DNA of 64,000 nucleotides from Mobula hypostoma. Lineage: Eukaryota. The position numbers and the translations under genes were made by a program. Positions 38,881-52,880 of this stretch are shown here, one piece after another. Every line of letters begins with the position of its first letter. Position 1 is the stretch's first letter. The DNA is taken from contig NC_086107.1 of assembly GCF_963921235.1 (NCBI RefSeq), positions 102,302,001-102,366,000 on the forward strand, given 5' to 3'. The notes under the pieces are model-generated. The model did not search any database. It saw only the letters and a program-made list of their open reading frames with translations, and was not told the origin of the DNA.

Positions 38881-40039
38881 AAATCTGCAATTCGTGCTCT
38901 TCTCGCCACATGCAGCAAATATAGTACACTAAAGTGGAGGAAGCGGTGGAAGAGCTTTGACTTTGGACCCTGGACGGCAGTATGGAAGAAAGAGGATATT
39001 GCTCTGCTTGGATAGGAAGGTACTGTGGAAAGGTGAGTGGGGATTCTTGTTGGAGTGAACCATCTTCCTATGGGAAGAAACAATTCTGCCAGTTCCATAT
39101 ACAGTACATCTCTTTAGGGAAACAAAATGGCAACATCATAACAAGTTTAAATTCAGTTACAAATCTGGAATTTGGGATTGAAAATACAAAAGTAATGATG
39201 ACCATGCACAATAGCAGACTGTGTTAAAACCCCACCTGGTTCACTATTATCCTTGTCTTGTCTGACCTATATCTGATGTCATACTAACCCTATGTGGTTA
39301 GTCTGATGTGGCCTCAAAACAGCTCAGCAAGCCTCTCAGTTGTATCTGTAGCAATACACGTAAACAGAGGCTTTGCAGTGTTCAAATTCATTGCCCAGAT
39401 CAAGGCTAGGTGGTCTGTCTAGTGTCATTCCCTCTCTGAATCTAATAAATCCTTCAAAGGTCTCCTAATAAACACTAGTGGTATGGTGCCCAAGTTCAGA
39501 GGTGCATCCCACAGACTAGTTAACCACCAGTCTGACATAATCATATTCACTAGTCAATGTCCCATACTGCTCAATCCATGGGTATGCTTGTCCCATTAGT
39601 AGGCTGACTTGTCACCAAAGGTATTGGTATTCAGGCAGGTGGGTGTAGCCCTTGGAGTTCTCAATAGTGACTCCAGGTCCCATGAAATCTCATGGCATGA
39701 AGTCAAGTATGAACAATTTGCTCTTGATTACCACCTTCTGTCCTCTCCCAGCTATAAATCAGTTCTGTTTCATGGTGAACAACATTGCACTGAGAATGGC
39801 AATGGAACAGAAAACACGCTGGCTGGGGTTTTCGATGTTCATCCCCACAAATTGCTTGCGAGCACCACCACAGCAGTCAGACTGGGTCTGTGGCAGGTAG
39901 TGAGTACAAAACGGGGAATAACTTTACTCAATCTGTGGCAGGTGACATCTGCGCAGACCTTGTGAAAATAAAGTCCTATCTTCACACTCATGGATACTTT
40001 CCATTGCTTAATGGAGACAAGAGAGGTTGCAGATGATGG

Positions 40040-40950
40040 ATATCTGGAACAACACACTGGAAGAACTCAGTGGGTCAGGCAGCATCTATAGAGGAAAATG
40101 AATGGTTGACATTTTTGAGTCAAAACACTTCATCAAGACTGGAAAGGAAAAGGGGAGATAGACAATACTAAAAGGGTAGGAGGGCTAGGGATGGAGCAAG
40201 AGCTGGTGAGTAACAGGCGAGTCCAGCTAAGGATGAGGTGGTAGTCATGTAAGGGAGGGGTAGAGTGTGAATCTGCACAGTACCGAAAGAAACTGCAGAG
40301 GACTATAAATTTAGTCAGCTCCATCTTGGCTACTAGCCTACAAAGTACCCAGGACATCTTCAGGGAGCGGTGTCTCAGAAAGACAGCGTCCATTATTAAG
40401 GACCTCCAGCACCCAAGGCATGCCCTTTTCTCACTGTTGCCATCAGGTAGGCGGTACAGAAGCCCGAAGGCACACACTCAGAGATTCAGGAACAGCTTCT
40501 TCCCCTCTGCCAGCCAATTCCTAAATGAACATTGAACCCTTGGACACCTCACTTTCTTTAATATATAGCATTTCTGTTTTTTTGCACAACTTTTACTCTA
40601 TTCAATATACATATACCGTAATTGATTTAGTTACTTATTTATTATGATTTTATTTTTTTTCTTCTATATTACTTTACAGCTGCTGCTAAGTTAGCAAATT
40701 TCATGTCACATGCCAGTGATGATAAACCTGATTCTGAATGAGATGGGAGGCTGGGATAGGTGTAAGTGACAAAGAGCTGAGGAAAATGGAATCTGATGAG
40801 AGGGTTCAGTGGACCGTGGAATAAAGACAAGGTGAGGAGGGAAAATAGAGGGAGGAATGTGTGGGTGATGGGCAGATCAACAGGGCAGGGAAGGGAAAAA
40901 GGACCTGGTGTGATGAGACCAATGGGAAAAGGGAAAATAGGGAACATCTA
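40040..40950 (-). mobile_element. Old Penelope 3' region interrupted by a Rex1 3' end (+, ~40270-40740)
   Basis: Terminal-repeat motif at 40050-40140; ORF LLPSGRRYRSPKAHTQRFRNSFFP. Confidence 0.65.
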
Positions 40951-41280
40951 TTGTGGAATATGGTACTTAACCCTTTTAGATGGGATATTCTCAGAAGACC
41001 AACATAAAAAACACTAGAGGAACTCAGGTGAGGTAGTATCTACAGAGGGAAATGGATAGTCAATGTTTTGGGTTGAGACATTTCATCTGAACTGAGGAAG
41101 GGTCTTGATCTGAAACATTGACTGTCCACTTCTCTCCACAAGTGCTGCCTATTCTCCCATGTGGTATGCTGCTCCAGATTTCCACATCTGCAGTTTCTTG
41201 TAGTTCTCCATGGTACATCGGTAGAAATTTGTGAGGTCTTTAGTAACATACCGAATTTCCTCAAGTTCCTAATGAAATAG

Positions 41281-43572
41281 TGGTGGTGGCATCCGTTAGA
41301 CTTGCGAGACCATGGATCTGCGCTTGGAAAGTCTGTGCTAGAGCAGCGTCTGTTGTGGCTGTAGAGGCCCACACGTGAGTGACAGTCTCAGCTGCAGCGA
41401 CTGCACTTGAAGGCGCTGTCCTCCAGTGTTGTCTTGGTGCTGTTTTTTCAGCGTGTGTGCTTTTCTTCAGCAGCAAGCCTCAGCTTCTCTTCTTTTTTTA
41501 GACCTCTGCATGGTTCCAACCTCCAGCGAGAGCGATCGCTTGCGATGTCCTCCCACCTCTCGACGTTCATTTTCAGTGACTTCATGCCTCTCTTGCAGAC
41601 ATCTTTGAAACGAAGATGGGGCCGCCCTTGTGCTCTCTTGCCGGAGGCCAGTTCCCCGTACAGCAGGTCTTTCGGGATCCTCCCGTCTGACATGCGGTGT
41701 GCGTGGCCCAGCCAACAGAGACAGCGTTGTTGGAGCAGGGTGAAGAGGCTGGGTATCTGGGCGCAGGCCAGGACCTCATTGTTGGTGACTCGGTCAGTCC
41801 ACATGATGTCCAGGATGCGTCTCAGGCTGCGAAGGTGGAAGGCGTTGAGACACCGCTCTTGTCTGGAGTAGAGGCTCCAGGTCTCGCTGCCGTAAAGCAG
41901 TGTGCTGAGGACGCAGGCCCTGTAGACTGCAACCTTGGTGTGCATCGTCAGCTTTCTGTTCTCCCAGACTCTCTGTCAGCCTGGGAAATGTTGAGGCTGC
42001 TCGTCCAATCCATCTGTTGATCTTGGGGTCCAGGGAGAGGCTGTCCGTGATGGTGGAGGCCAAGGTATGTAAACTTGTGAACTACCTCCAGCTCATAGTT
42101 GTTGATGGTAATGGCAGGGGGGGGTGCTCAACGTCTTGGCCCAACACGTTGGTCTTCTTCAGGCTGATGGTCAAGCTGAAGTCCTGGCAGGCTCTAGAGA
42201 AGCTGTGCATGAGGCGTTGCAGTTGCTCTTCAGAGTGTGTTGCCAGTGCCGCATCATCTGCAAACACATGTCCCTGATGAGTACTTCACAAACCTTGGTT
42301 TTTGCCCTCAGCCTGAACTGATCTGGTGTGGAGGTAGACACCATCAGTTGATGTGCCAAAGGCGTGCTTCAGCATGACTGTGAAGAAGATGCCGAGCAGG
42401 GTGGGGGCAAGCACACAGCCCTGCTTCACACCGCTGCGGATGTTGAAGGCCTCCGAAGAAGAGCCGTCAAACTGAACGATGCCCTGCATGTCTGTGTGGA
42501 ATAACTGAACTATCCTGAGGAGCCTTGGGAGACAACCAATCCTGGCAAAGATTTTGAACAGGCCATCTCTGCTCACGAAGTTGAAGGCCTTCGAGAGGTC
42601 AATGAAAGCGACGTAGAGTGGTTGTCTTTGCTGTCTGCATTTCTCTTGTAGCTGTCGAAGGGAGAAGATCATATCGATTGTGGAGTGTTCTGACCTGAAA
42701 CCACACTGAGACTTGGGATATACCCTTTCAGCTATTTTCTGCAGTCTGTTCAGGACCACACAGGCAAAGACCTTCCCAACGATGCTCAGCAAGGAGATTC
42801 CCCTGTAGTTGTTACAGTCGCTTCTGTCCCCTTTGTTCTTATATAGGGTGACAATATTGCAGTCTCTCATGTCTTGCGGCACTGCTCCCTCTGTCCAGCA
42901 CTGGCACAGTAGTTCGTGCAGGTGGTTTAGCAGGACGCCCTTTGCACACTTGATGGCCTCTGGTGGAATGCCATCCAATCCTGGTGCCTTCCCAGTGAGC
43001 AGGCTGTCGATGGCTTTACTCAGCTCTTCCACAGTCAGCAGTGCATTCAGTTCCTCCACGACAGGCAGGCATTCCATGGCATCTAGCGCACTGTCCGAGA
43101 TGCTGTTTTCTCTGGAGAAGAGTTCAGAGTAATGCTCCACCCACCTCTCCATCTGCTTGCCTTCGTCATTGATGGTCTCGCCTGTTATGGTTTTCAATGG
43201 TGCTGTCTTGCTCTGGGTTGGCCCGATGGCTTTCTTGATCCCCTCGTACACTCCATGGATGTTGCCTGTGTCAAATGATGACTGAATGCTTTTGCATAGT
43301 TGTAGCCAGTAGTCATTTGCACAGCGTCTGACTGTTTCCTGGGCCTTGCTTCTTGCTGACCTTAGCACTTGCAGTGTTGCCTGGGTGGGGTGGCGTTTGT
43401 GCTCTAGTACTGCAACACACTTCACCTCGATGACAGCGGTGAGCTTACGTGAGATCGCTTCAAACCAGTCCTGTGCCTTGCCCTGTTTCTTCCCAAAGGC
43501 CTTGAGTGCAGTGCTGTGGATAGTGTCCCTGAGAGAGTCCCATCTCTGCTGAGCATCTCCTTCTGCTGGGTC
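41281..43572 (-). mobile_element. RTE-clade LINE, 5'-truncated, frameshifted RT
   Basis: ORF 42286..43425 (NNYRGISLLS, FIDLSKAF, GVKQGCVLAP), FADD, LLYGSETW; (CCA)n tail; inserted in a minus-strand Rex1 (41200-44230). Confidence 0.92.
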
Positions 43573-43574
43573 TG

Positions 43575-44230
43575 CAAATATAACCTCGTAATTACATTAA
43601 TATGTTGGGTCCAGGGTAGGTCATCAGAGATGTTGACATCCAGGAACTGATCACTCTTTCCACTTCTGATCCCTTGGTGAGGACTGGTGAGAGTCCCCTC
43701 AACTTGGCCTTCAATCAATTCCTCGATCTTACTGACAGTGAATGCAAGATTGTTGCCGTGACACCACTCAGATGATCTATCTCAATCCTGTGCACCTCAT
43801 TGCCACCTGAAATTCTGCCAAACAATTGTGTCATCAGCAAATTTATAGATGGCTTTTGAGCTGTGGCTAGCCACACAATAGTGGGTGTAGAGAGAGTACA
43901 GCAGTGGATTAAGCACACATCCTTGAGGAGCGCCAGGGTTGACTGTTAGTGAGGAGGAGATGTTACTCCTGATTCGCACAGACTGTGGTCTCCTAGAGAG
44001 GAAGTGAAGGATCCAGTTACAAAGGGAGGTACAGAGGCCCAGAGGCCCATATTAATTCTTGATTACAATTGAGAGTATGATTGTGTTGAATGCTGAGCTC
44101 TAGTTAATAAACAGCAGCCTGATGCAGATATTGCTGTTCTCCAGGTGATTCAAGGCTGAGTGGAGAGCCGGTGAGATTATATCCACTGTAGACCTATTGT
44201 GCATTAGGCAAATTGCAGCAGGTCCAAGTC
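43575..44230 (-). mobile_element. Rex1-type RT fragment
   Basis: [17 protein letters not shown] and KFADD. Confidence 0.8.
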
Positions 44231-44414
44231 TACAAATTTCTACAGATATAGCATGGAGAGCATTCTGATAGGTTGCATCACAGTCTGGAATGGAGGGGCA
44301 ACTGCACAGAACTGGAATAGGCTGCAGAGGGTTGTAAACTCGGCCAGCTCCATCATGGGCACCAGCCTCCTCAGCATCCAAGACACCTTCAAAAGGTGGC
44401 ATCCATCATCCAAG

Positions 44415-45970
44415 TCCATTAGACATAGGAGCAGAATTAGACTATTTGGCCCATTGAGTCTGCTCCACCATTTCATCATGGCTGATCCATTTTCCCTCTT
44501 AACCCCATTCTCCTGCCTTCTCCCTGTAATCTTTCATACCCTGGCTAATAAAGAACCCATCAACTTCCATCTGAAAAACACTTAATAACCTGGGCTCCAC
44601 AACCACTTTTGGCAACGAATTCCACAGATTCACCACCCTCTGGCTAAATGAATTCTTCCTCATCTCCATTCTAAATGGATGTCCCTCTACTGACTTCTGT
44701 TCTAGACTCCCTCACTATAAGAACAGTCTTCTCTACATCCACTCGATCTAGGCTTTCAACAATCGATAGGTTTCAATGGGACCCCCTCCCCCCAAATTCT
44801 TCTAAATTCCTGTGAGTCCAGGCCCAGAGTCAAAGGCTCCTCATATCCTTTAACTCCTGGAATCATTCTTGTGAACCTCCTCTGAACCCTCTCCAATGTT
44901 AGGGCATCCTTTCTTAGATAAGGAGCCCAAACCTATTCACAATGCTCCCAGTGTGGTCTGATCAATACCTTTTAAAGCCTCAGCATTACATCCTTGCTCT
45001 ATATTTTAGTCCTCTCCAAATGAATACGAACATTGCCTTTGCCTTCCTCACCACCGACTCAACCTTCACGTTAACCTTTGGGATCATTGTGCAGGATTCC
45101 CCAAGTCCCTTTGCACCTCTAATTTTTGAAATTTCTGCCCATTTAGAAAATAGTTCATGCTGTTATTCCTTCTACCAAAGTACATGACCATATACTTCCC
45201 AAAACTGATTTCCATCTGCCACTTCTTTGCCTTTTTTCCTAATCCAAGTCCTTCTGCAGCCTCCCTACGCCCTGAACACTAACTGCCTCTCCATCTACCT
45301 TCATATTGTCTGTAAACTTAGCCACAAAGCCATCAATTCTGTCGTCCAAATCACTGACATACAATGTAAAAAGAAGCAGTCCCAACGCCTATCCCTATGG
45401 AACACCACTAGTCACTGGCAGCCAACTAGAAAGGGCTCTCTTTATTCCCACTCTTTGCCTCCCACCCATCAGGCAATCTTCCATCTATGCTCGTGGTTTT
45501 CCTAAAATATCATGGGCTCTTACCTTGTTAAGCAGCCTCGTGTGTAACACCTAGTCAAAAGCCTTCTGAAAGTCCAAGTACACAACATCCACTGATTCTC
45601 CTTCATCTATCCTGCTTGTTGTTTCCTCAAAGAATGCCAACTAATTTGTCAGATAAGATTTTCCCTTAAGGAATCCAAGCTGACTTAGGCCTATTTTATC
45701 ATGTGCCTCCAAGTACCCAGAGACCTCATCCTTAACAATCGATTCCGACATCTTCCTAACCACTGAGGTCAGGCTAACTGGCCTATAATTTCTTCTCTTC
45801 TGCCTCCCTCCCTCTTGAAGAGTAGATGCTAGAATCTAGTGATTGAAAGATCATTACTAATGCCTCCACAATCTCTTCAGTTACTTCAGAATTCAGGTGT
45901 ATAGTCCATCTGGTCCAGGTGGACTTATCTACCTTCAAACCTTTCGGCTTCCCAAGCACCTTTTGCCTAG
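44415..45970 (-). mobile_element. CR1 LINE RT fragment nested in a plus-strand Rex1 3' end (44230-46260)
   Basis: VYLDFQKAFD, SGVP.G, KFTDN remnants; CR1 tail at 44420. Confidence 0.85.
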
Positions 45971-47029
45971 AGATGCCCCCTCTTTTCATTGCTACTACCA
46001 TCGAGGTGGAGGTACAGGTGCCTGAAGATACACACACACACACAAAGTTTCAGGTACAGCTTCTTCCCTTCTGCCATCACATTTCTGAATGGAGAATGAA
46101 CTCATGAACATTACCTTAGTGTTTTTCCTCTCTTTTTGCACTATTTTCTTTTTTATATATACTTATTGTAATTCACAATTTTTTTTATGTATTGCACTGT
46201 ACTGTTGCCACAAAAGAACAAATTTCACGGCATAGGCAGTGATAATAAAGCTGATTGATGCTAGTTTCAGAATCGAGCCTAACAGCTCCAGCTCAGGCAT
46301 CGAAAGCCACCATCTGCAGCAGAAATATACACAGATTTTCACAAACAATGAACCTCATGGATGAATGTATTTCTCTCTCTACTATTGCCATCAGGCCAGC
46401 TGATTGACCAAATGCAGAAAGGCACCCCAGGAGCAGCACCAGACACCCAAGATAAGGTGAATTCCCAGCCTGGTGCGGGACGGTATGTGGCAAACAATGA
46501 AAGCAGCATAAAATGGACAAAGTTAAGTAATCTCACAACCGATGGATCAGAGTTCTGCAGTCTTGCCACATTTAATCCTGACTTGTGGAGGACATTTAAA
46601 CAGAAGGAGGAGCCTCCAAGAACGTTCCAGTCATCAGTAATGGAAAGATTCAGCATGTCAGAGCTGAAGAAAAGGCTGAAGCATTTACAACAATTATAAG
46701 AATTGTCAAATAAATGACCCAACTTGTCCTGAGATCTCCACCATAACAAAAGTCAGTCTTAAGCCAATTCAGTTTACTCCAAGTGTTATCAAGTAACAGC
46801 TGGATACAGCAAATGCTACGGGTTGGGACAACATCCCAGTTGAAATATTGAAGATATCTGCTCTAGAACTTCATGTATCTGTACCTCAGCTCTTCTGGTT
46901 TAGTTACAACACCTGGAATTTCCCCTGACAATTTCAAAGATTGTCGAGGACGTTCCTTTCAGAAAAAGCAGGACAAATTCAATCTGGTTAAGCTCAGCCC
47001 AGTCATTCTCCCCAGCAAAATTGGACTTC

Positions 47030-47140
47030 ATCGGGGTCCAGATGAAGGGTCTCAGCCCAAAACATTGAATGTTTACTCTTTTCCATAGATGCTGCCTGGC
47101 CTGCTGAGTTCCTCCAGCATTTTGTGTGTGTTGCTTTGCA
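47030..47140 (+). mobile_element. Diverged solo Penelope terminal repeat
   Basis: gatgaagggtctcagcccaaaac...gatgctgcctggcctgctgagttcc. Confidence 0.75.
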
Positions 47141-48839
47141 ACAGTCCAGGTTCCATAACATGTGACTAAAATTCTGTCATAATTTTGGCTTTAAGGCTCT
47201 TATCCTGTAGAGTAGTGATTCACCGCTGAATATTTGCTGATACCTTGCAGACCAATTCCATTTCTCAGTCTTCTCGAGTCACCACAGCAAGGCTGCTAGT
47301 ACCACCACTCGGTTAGTTGAGAACCAGGAATAATATTGGATTGTTCCTAGGAAATAGCCAAGCACTGCCACATTCTCTGGAAGTTTGACTTTTTGATAAC
47401 AGCAAACAATATTTTAAAAGAAACAGATTTCAACCATTAACATCTACTTCCGCACAGCAATATCCACTTTTGCCATACCAAGGTACACTTATGCTATTCC
47501 TTTTCACACTCTGATGGCCAAAACACTAACAGATTATCTGATGCAATAGTTGTAGTAATGACCAGATCATTTTAGTTCTATAAATATCTTTGCCTTGAAA
47601 TATTTTATCCACAGTAAAGGAAGAACTTTGGTAAAGGTTTGATTGCACACAGCAATTTACTGTAGGAGTAAATTCTACTGCTCATGAAGCACTTCGAATT
47701 ATTCTCAGCTAATACATAAGCATATGACGATTGTAAAGCAAAACTCTGATCCCATCTACAGTACAAGCAGAGTCCTCAAACAATATGCAACTGCCCTTGG
47801 TCTGCTGTAGATTGGTGATTCCTGTGCAGGTATCTTTGAAGATACCAACTAAAGTAGACAACAGTGATTTGTATGACATTGAAGCATCTATGTGAGTGTT
47901 ACATACATCATTTTAGCCGAGTTACAATTTTGCAAGCGAATCCTTGACTAATAGAGTTGGGTGCCTTGGTATTGCTCCACACAGCTATTCGCAAGTTGAA
48001 AATCTGTTTAAAACATTTAAAACTTCCTGTGCAACACCTAACTGACTGCGCTCCTTGCCATGAACTGTTTGTCATAATTACAATGGAACAATCAGCAGCA
48101 GTGTTGCTATGAATTACTCAGAGGCCCCGATGTCTCACACCGTGGTTGTTTATAGCTTTGGAGAAGTGCAAATACTTCAGCATCTTCAATCTGGCACAGA
48201 GCTGCCCTTTGTGAATTCTCATGAAAAAATTGTAATCCATGAGCTGGTGATAAAGACCAAGTGTGTGAATTATTGTGAGACACAGCAGACTCCAGGTGCT
48301 GGAATCTGGAGAAGTTCAGCAGGTCAGGGAGCATCTGTAGAGGGAATGGACCGTCAACATTTCAGGTTGAGATCCATGATGGGTCCTGACCTAGAACACT
48401 GGCTGTCCACGTCACATTACAAAAGTTGCCTGGCCTGCTGAGTTCCTCCGGTAGTTTGTTTCTTTGCTGGAACTATTCAGTGGGTCAGGCAGTATCTACG
48501 GATAAAGAAGCATAGTGAAGGTTTTAGGTCATTGACCTTTCACCAGATCTGCAAAAAAGTTGAAAGCAAAAAGCAGTTTTAAGTTACAGGAAAGGAACTG
48601 GTGACTGTGGAGGGTCCAAGGGGGAGGCAGGGAGTAGGGAGAGAAGGAAACGTCCATGATAAGACTATAACCTAACATGACTGAATGGCACACTGCTAAG
48701 GTGTCTGGATGTCAGAGGAGGTAAAGGAGATGAATGAAGACTGAAATACCAAGAGAGAAGGGAGAAATATGAGATACAAAGACCAAAATAGCTGATCATC
48801 TGAAATTGCTACATTCTGTCTCTTAAGATCGTCCTAAAG

Positions 48840-48895
48840 CAGGGGTTCCCAACCTAGGGTCCACAGACCCCTTGGAAAAAAGTTGGGCAACTCTG
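48840..48895. mobile_element. 56-bp hAT-type MITE
   Basis: caggggttcccaac / gttgggcaactctg imperfect TIRs; flanks tcctaaag / ccctacag-like 8-mers. Confidence 0.55.
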
Positions 48896-49879
48896 CCCTA
48901 CAGCTTGCCTTTCTAGTGAACCATTTACCCTAATTTCTCTTTTATAGCTCAGTGACAATATTTGATGATTACATTCCTGTTTTTCCATTATCATTTAATG
49001 AACTCTATACAAGGAACATTAAATTGCTCTGCTCATTTGCAGAATATTTTCTTACCATTTAGAGAATATTTGCTACCTATCATTCTTGAGAATATAGTAG
49101 GCGATTTGACATTTCTTTATACTGATTCTATTTGCCTCAATTTTGCCTATTTAATCTATCAATGTCACTTTGCAACCATCTCAATGGTATCGCTTCATTT
49201 TGTACCAATGCAAATTTAGAGTAACACATAATACGCTGGAGGAACTCAGCAGGCCAGACAGTACCTACACAACAAGAGGAATAAAGAGTTAATGTATTGG
49301 GCTGAGACCCTTCATCAGGACTAATGAAGATATACAAGACCAGTGGGTTTACATTCTTTCAAGTTATTTATGAACATATTCAAATGCTAAACCCCCCAGT
49401 ACAGATCGCAAGGAGTCAGCACTAGTCATATACTACTGACTTGAGCATACTTCTAGTATCCCTACTGTTTCTACTCTCTAATCAAATCCCATCTCAAGGA
49501 AATAAGTTGCCTCTGATTTGAGTGTACTATATGTTACATTGACTGTTTTATTTATTATAAATAACGATGATTGCACATTGCACATTTAGATGGAGACGTA
49601 ACAAAGATTTTTACTCCTCCTGTACGTGACAGATGTAAGAAATAAAGTCAATTCAATTCAATTCTATTCTATTTCATTTTTGGTAACATTCTTCTGTGTG
49701 AAACCTTACTATCTTTCTAAGTCCATATAAAAAGTATCTTCAAACATGATCCTTGTCTACTCCTCAAAAACTCAAAGCTGGTTAAATTTGACCTTTAAAT
49801 ATTGACGTCAACTTTTATTAAAGAGCTTAAAGTGCTCAGTCACTCTCTAATAACTGAGACCAACTTTCTCTTAAACATA

Positions 49880-50440
49880 TTAATAATTATTTATAAAGCG
49901 CTTTTCATGTAGATGATATAGTTCAAAGTGCTTAACAATGGGATAAAAGCAAAAGCATGAAAATAAAATTAAAAATAAATATGAAAATAAAACACAAAAA
50001 GATGCTATTTGAAAACAAGGTTAAATAAATACGTTTTGAGCTAGCATTTAAATGTGTCAACTGAATCTATATCCCTTATAGTTTTAGGTATTGTGTTCCA
50101 CAGCTTAGGAGCATAGCTCAAAAAAAGCTCAAAATTATCTTTTGAGGGAGATTGTTTAAGTGTAAGAGACTGGCGTACAAGACCTGAGAGCATAAGCAGG
50201 ATTATAAAAATAAAAAAAAACAATCCTGTGATCTACTCCAGTCCCAGACCATTATGAGCTTTAAAATCAAGTAAGAGAACTTAAAAATCAGTCCTAAAAG
50301 ATACAGAAAGCCAATGCAGAGCAGCTCATATGGGAGTGACATGTTCCCCCATTCTGGTTTTGGTTAAAAGTCTAGCAGCAGCATTCTGAAAGAGCTGAAG
50401 TTTGTCAAGAGATTGCTTTGGAAGGCCAGTAAGAAATATT
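49880..50440 (-). mobile_element. L2-clade LINE 3' fragment
   Basis: LQLFQNAAARLL and APKLWNTIPKTIR..DTFK remnants. Confidence 0.75.
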
Positions 50441-50861
50441 AGATCAATATTCTATAATTTCTGGGGTTCCCTCTCCCAACTCTTTTTAAAATATTGTCAG
50501 TTGCTCAATTAGATGGGTCAATTTTCAATTAGGAGCGATTTGGAAGATTTCAATTCAATTTGCTGTTTTCACAATAATTTTGGAATACTCCTTCTAAATT
50601 ACAAACGTTTGTAATAAATTTGAACCCATGTCTTTTGTTAAAATGTGGAGAAAGTGAGGGGGGTGTTAATCATGAACCCATTGAGTGACAGAACAGGGCT
50701 AGGGGTCAAAATGGGTTACCTTTTCTCTTATTTTCCTATGTTCCTGTATTTGAGCGGAGAACAGCCTGACCCTGGAAATTTGTTAATTTTTACTTCGTTT
50801 ATTTCCATTGCCAATTTGTAAACTTAGAGCTAAATAGTTTCTCCTATAGAGTTAGTTTTAC

Positions 50862-50893
50862 CTTTTCCTGTGTCTCTGATGCTTTTTCTGCCA
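50862..50893 (-). other. Candidate 32-nt exon
   Basis: Acceptor ttgtattgttttaatag| and donor AAG|gtaaaa. Confidence 0.25.
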
Positions 50894-50943
50894 CTATTAA
50901 AACAATACAAAATAATTATTTATGAAGAAATCCACTTCCTTAT

Positions 50944-51511
50944 TTATAAATTATAGTACCAGATGTCTTGGTGGGGTGGGGGGGGGAGCTATAATCCAAA
51001 TTTAAGCCATACCCTTCTTCAGTATGCTTTAGTATAGTCACTTGCTAGGATTTCCTCCATATTTCTTTCCAAAGCTCTTTTTAATCTCTCTTCTACCTTT
51101 TTTGTTCTGTAAACCTCTCCCAGACCTTGGGACTTCTAGCTTTCTCAATCCGGGCAGGTTCTTTCTTTGGTCTCAAGCAATTTATAGTCACTCAACTTGT
51201 TAACCGATGTTGTTTAATTACATAAATAGAGTGCAGGGTGAAGATTCGTTAATACCTGTTATTGTATTGGCTACGTACTTAGGCATGTTCCCAATGTTTG
51301 TGTGTAATTTAACCCTCCCAAAAAAAAATCAATAAGGAATTAAACAATCATGAAGTCAATGATTTTATGTCTCATCTGATAAAGACAGAGCAGGGAGGCT
51401 ATACCAAAACTGTTCAAAGTACTATTCAGGCAAGTGCTTAAATAGTGCACGCAGTTCCAGTCACCACACCACGGGAAGGATGTGATGGCATTAGTGAAGG
51501 GGCAGAGTAGA
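50944..51511 (+). repeat. Source copy of the segment duplicated at 8665-9230
   Basis: An old CR1 remnant starting ~51390 continues past 51511 here but is cut at 9230. Confidence 0.9.
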
Positions 51512-52609
51512 CATATACAGGCAGGAAAATTAATAGTTATCATGAGACAGAGATGGAGTTCAGGCTTTTTACTTTCGAACAGAGGAGAGAGTGGGAGATT
51601 TAATGGAGGCGTAAGGTAAGTAAAAGAGGGCCAAAAAAGAAGGACCATTTCCTCCAGCATCAGGGCTGATAACTTGGAGTCACAGATTTCACATAATTGG
51701 CCGAAAAGCAGTGTTGAAGACTTTGTTTTGCTAAGCAGGTGATTGGGATCTTGAATACAGAATGGCGGAGACAAAAAAAAGCACATTTAAAAAACATATC
51801 TTGATAAGCATATTAAGTCATAACCTGCAGTACTAAAGAGCTGATTCTGGGAAGTGGCAATAAACCTAGTTGGTTCAATTGTCTGGCCAGCAAGGATACA
51901 ATGGACCAAATGGCCTCTTCCTATGCAGTAAACCTATGAGAAACGTGGTAAATTTCAGCATCAATCCTTCAGATTTTTATTTATCTCATTTGGAACCCTG
52001 GTTAATGATTCACCACCTCAAACAAAACAGCAAAAGATAAAACCTCTGTTAGCTAGGTATTCCCTTTACCTTAAATGTTGTTGGCCAAGTCTTCTGAATT
52101 CTAGCACCATTATTGACCTGGACTTTAACCTCAGCCCTTTCTTATCTTCAGGCTATTTTTACTTTTGTTCTTACTTCTGTCTGACCTCACTTGCTTTATT
52201 GTTCCCTGGTATTTATTGGTTTTAAGTTCATTATTCTAGGACCTTGTTCCCAGGTGTCACCTATCTCTGCAAGTCAGAAGAACAAAAGAACACAGGAGGG
52301 AGAGAAGACCACTTGGCTCCTCAAGCCAGCTTCAACAGTCAACGTGATCATGGCTGACCTATCCTGGCCTTAGTTCCTTGTCTGCCAGTTCCCAACGGCC
52401 CTCAATTCCGCCAACTTTTTACTGTTGCCCAGCTCCACCTTAAACACATCTGATGAAATGGCCTTCATTACTCTCCAAGGGTACTGCCTCAGAGATGAAA
52501 TTTCTTAACTTGGCCTGCTATGTGTTTTCATAATACTCTGTTTCTGCCCCAGACCTCCAGCATCTGCATTTTTTTCATTTCTCACTCTTCCTTGAGTGGT
52601 TCATATTTC

Positions 52610-52880
52610 TTTAAGATGTAGAAAGAGGCCACTTTGATTCATCAAGTTTATGCCGGCTCACGAAGCAATCCTCTGCAACCTTTCCTCCTCAGATTCCACC
52701 ACTTACTGGGGGGCAATTTACAGTGGCCAACCAACCTGCCAACCTGCACATTTCTGGGACGTGGGAGGAAACCCACAAGGTCACAGGGAAACTGTGCAAA
52801 CTCCACACAAATAGCACCCAAAGTCAGGATTGAACTCAGGTTGCAGGTGCTACGAGGCAGCACCTCTGTCCTTCCTCGCA
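52610..52880 (-). mobile_element. tRNA-derived SINE (HE1/V-type)
   Basis: B box gagttcaatcc on minus strand and shared core. Confidence 0.65.

Noticed and set aside
46361..46699. 112-aa ORF as a host exon
   Set aside because: Followed by ATG.DNIP.EILK-type LINE RT remnant; read as ancient LINE debris
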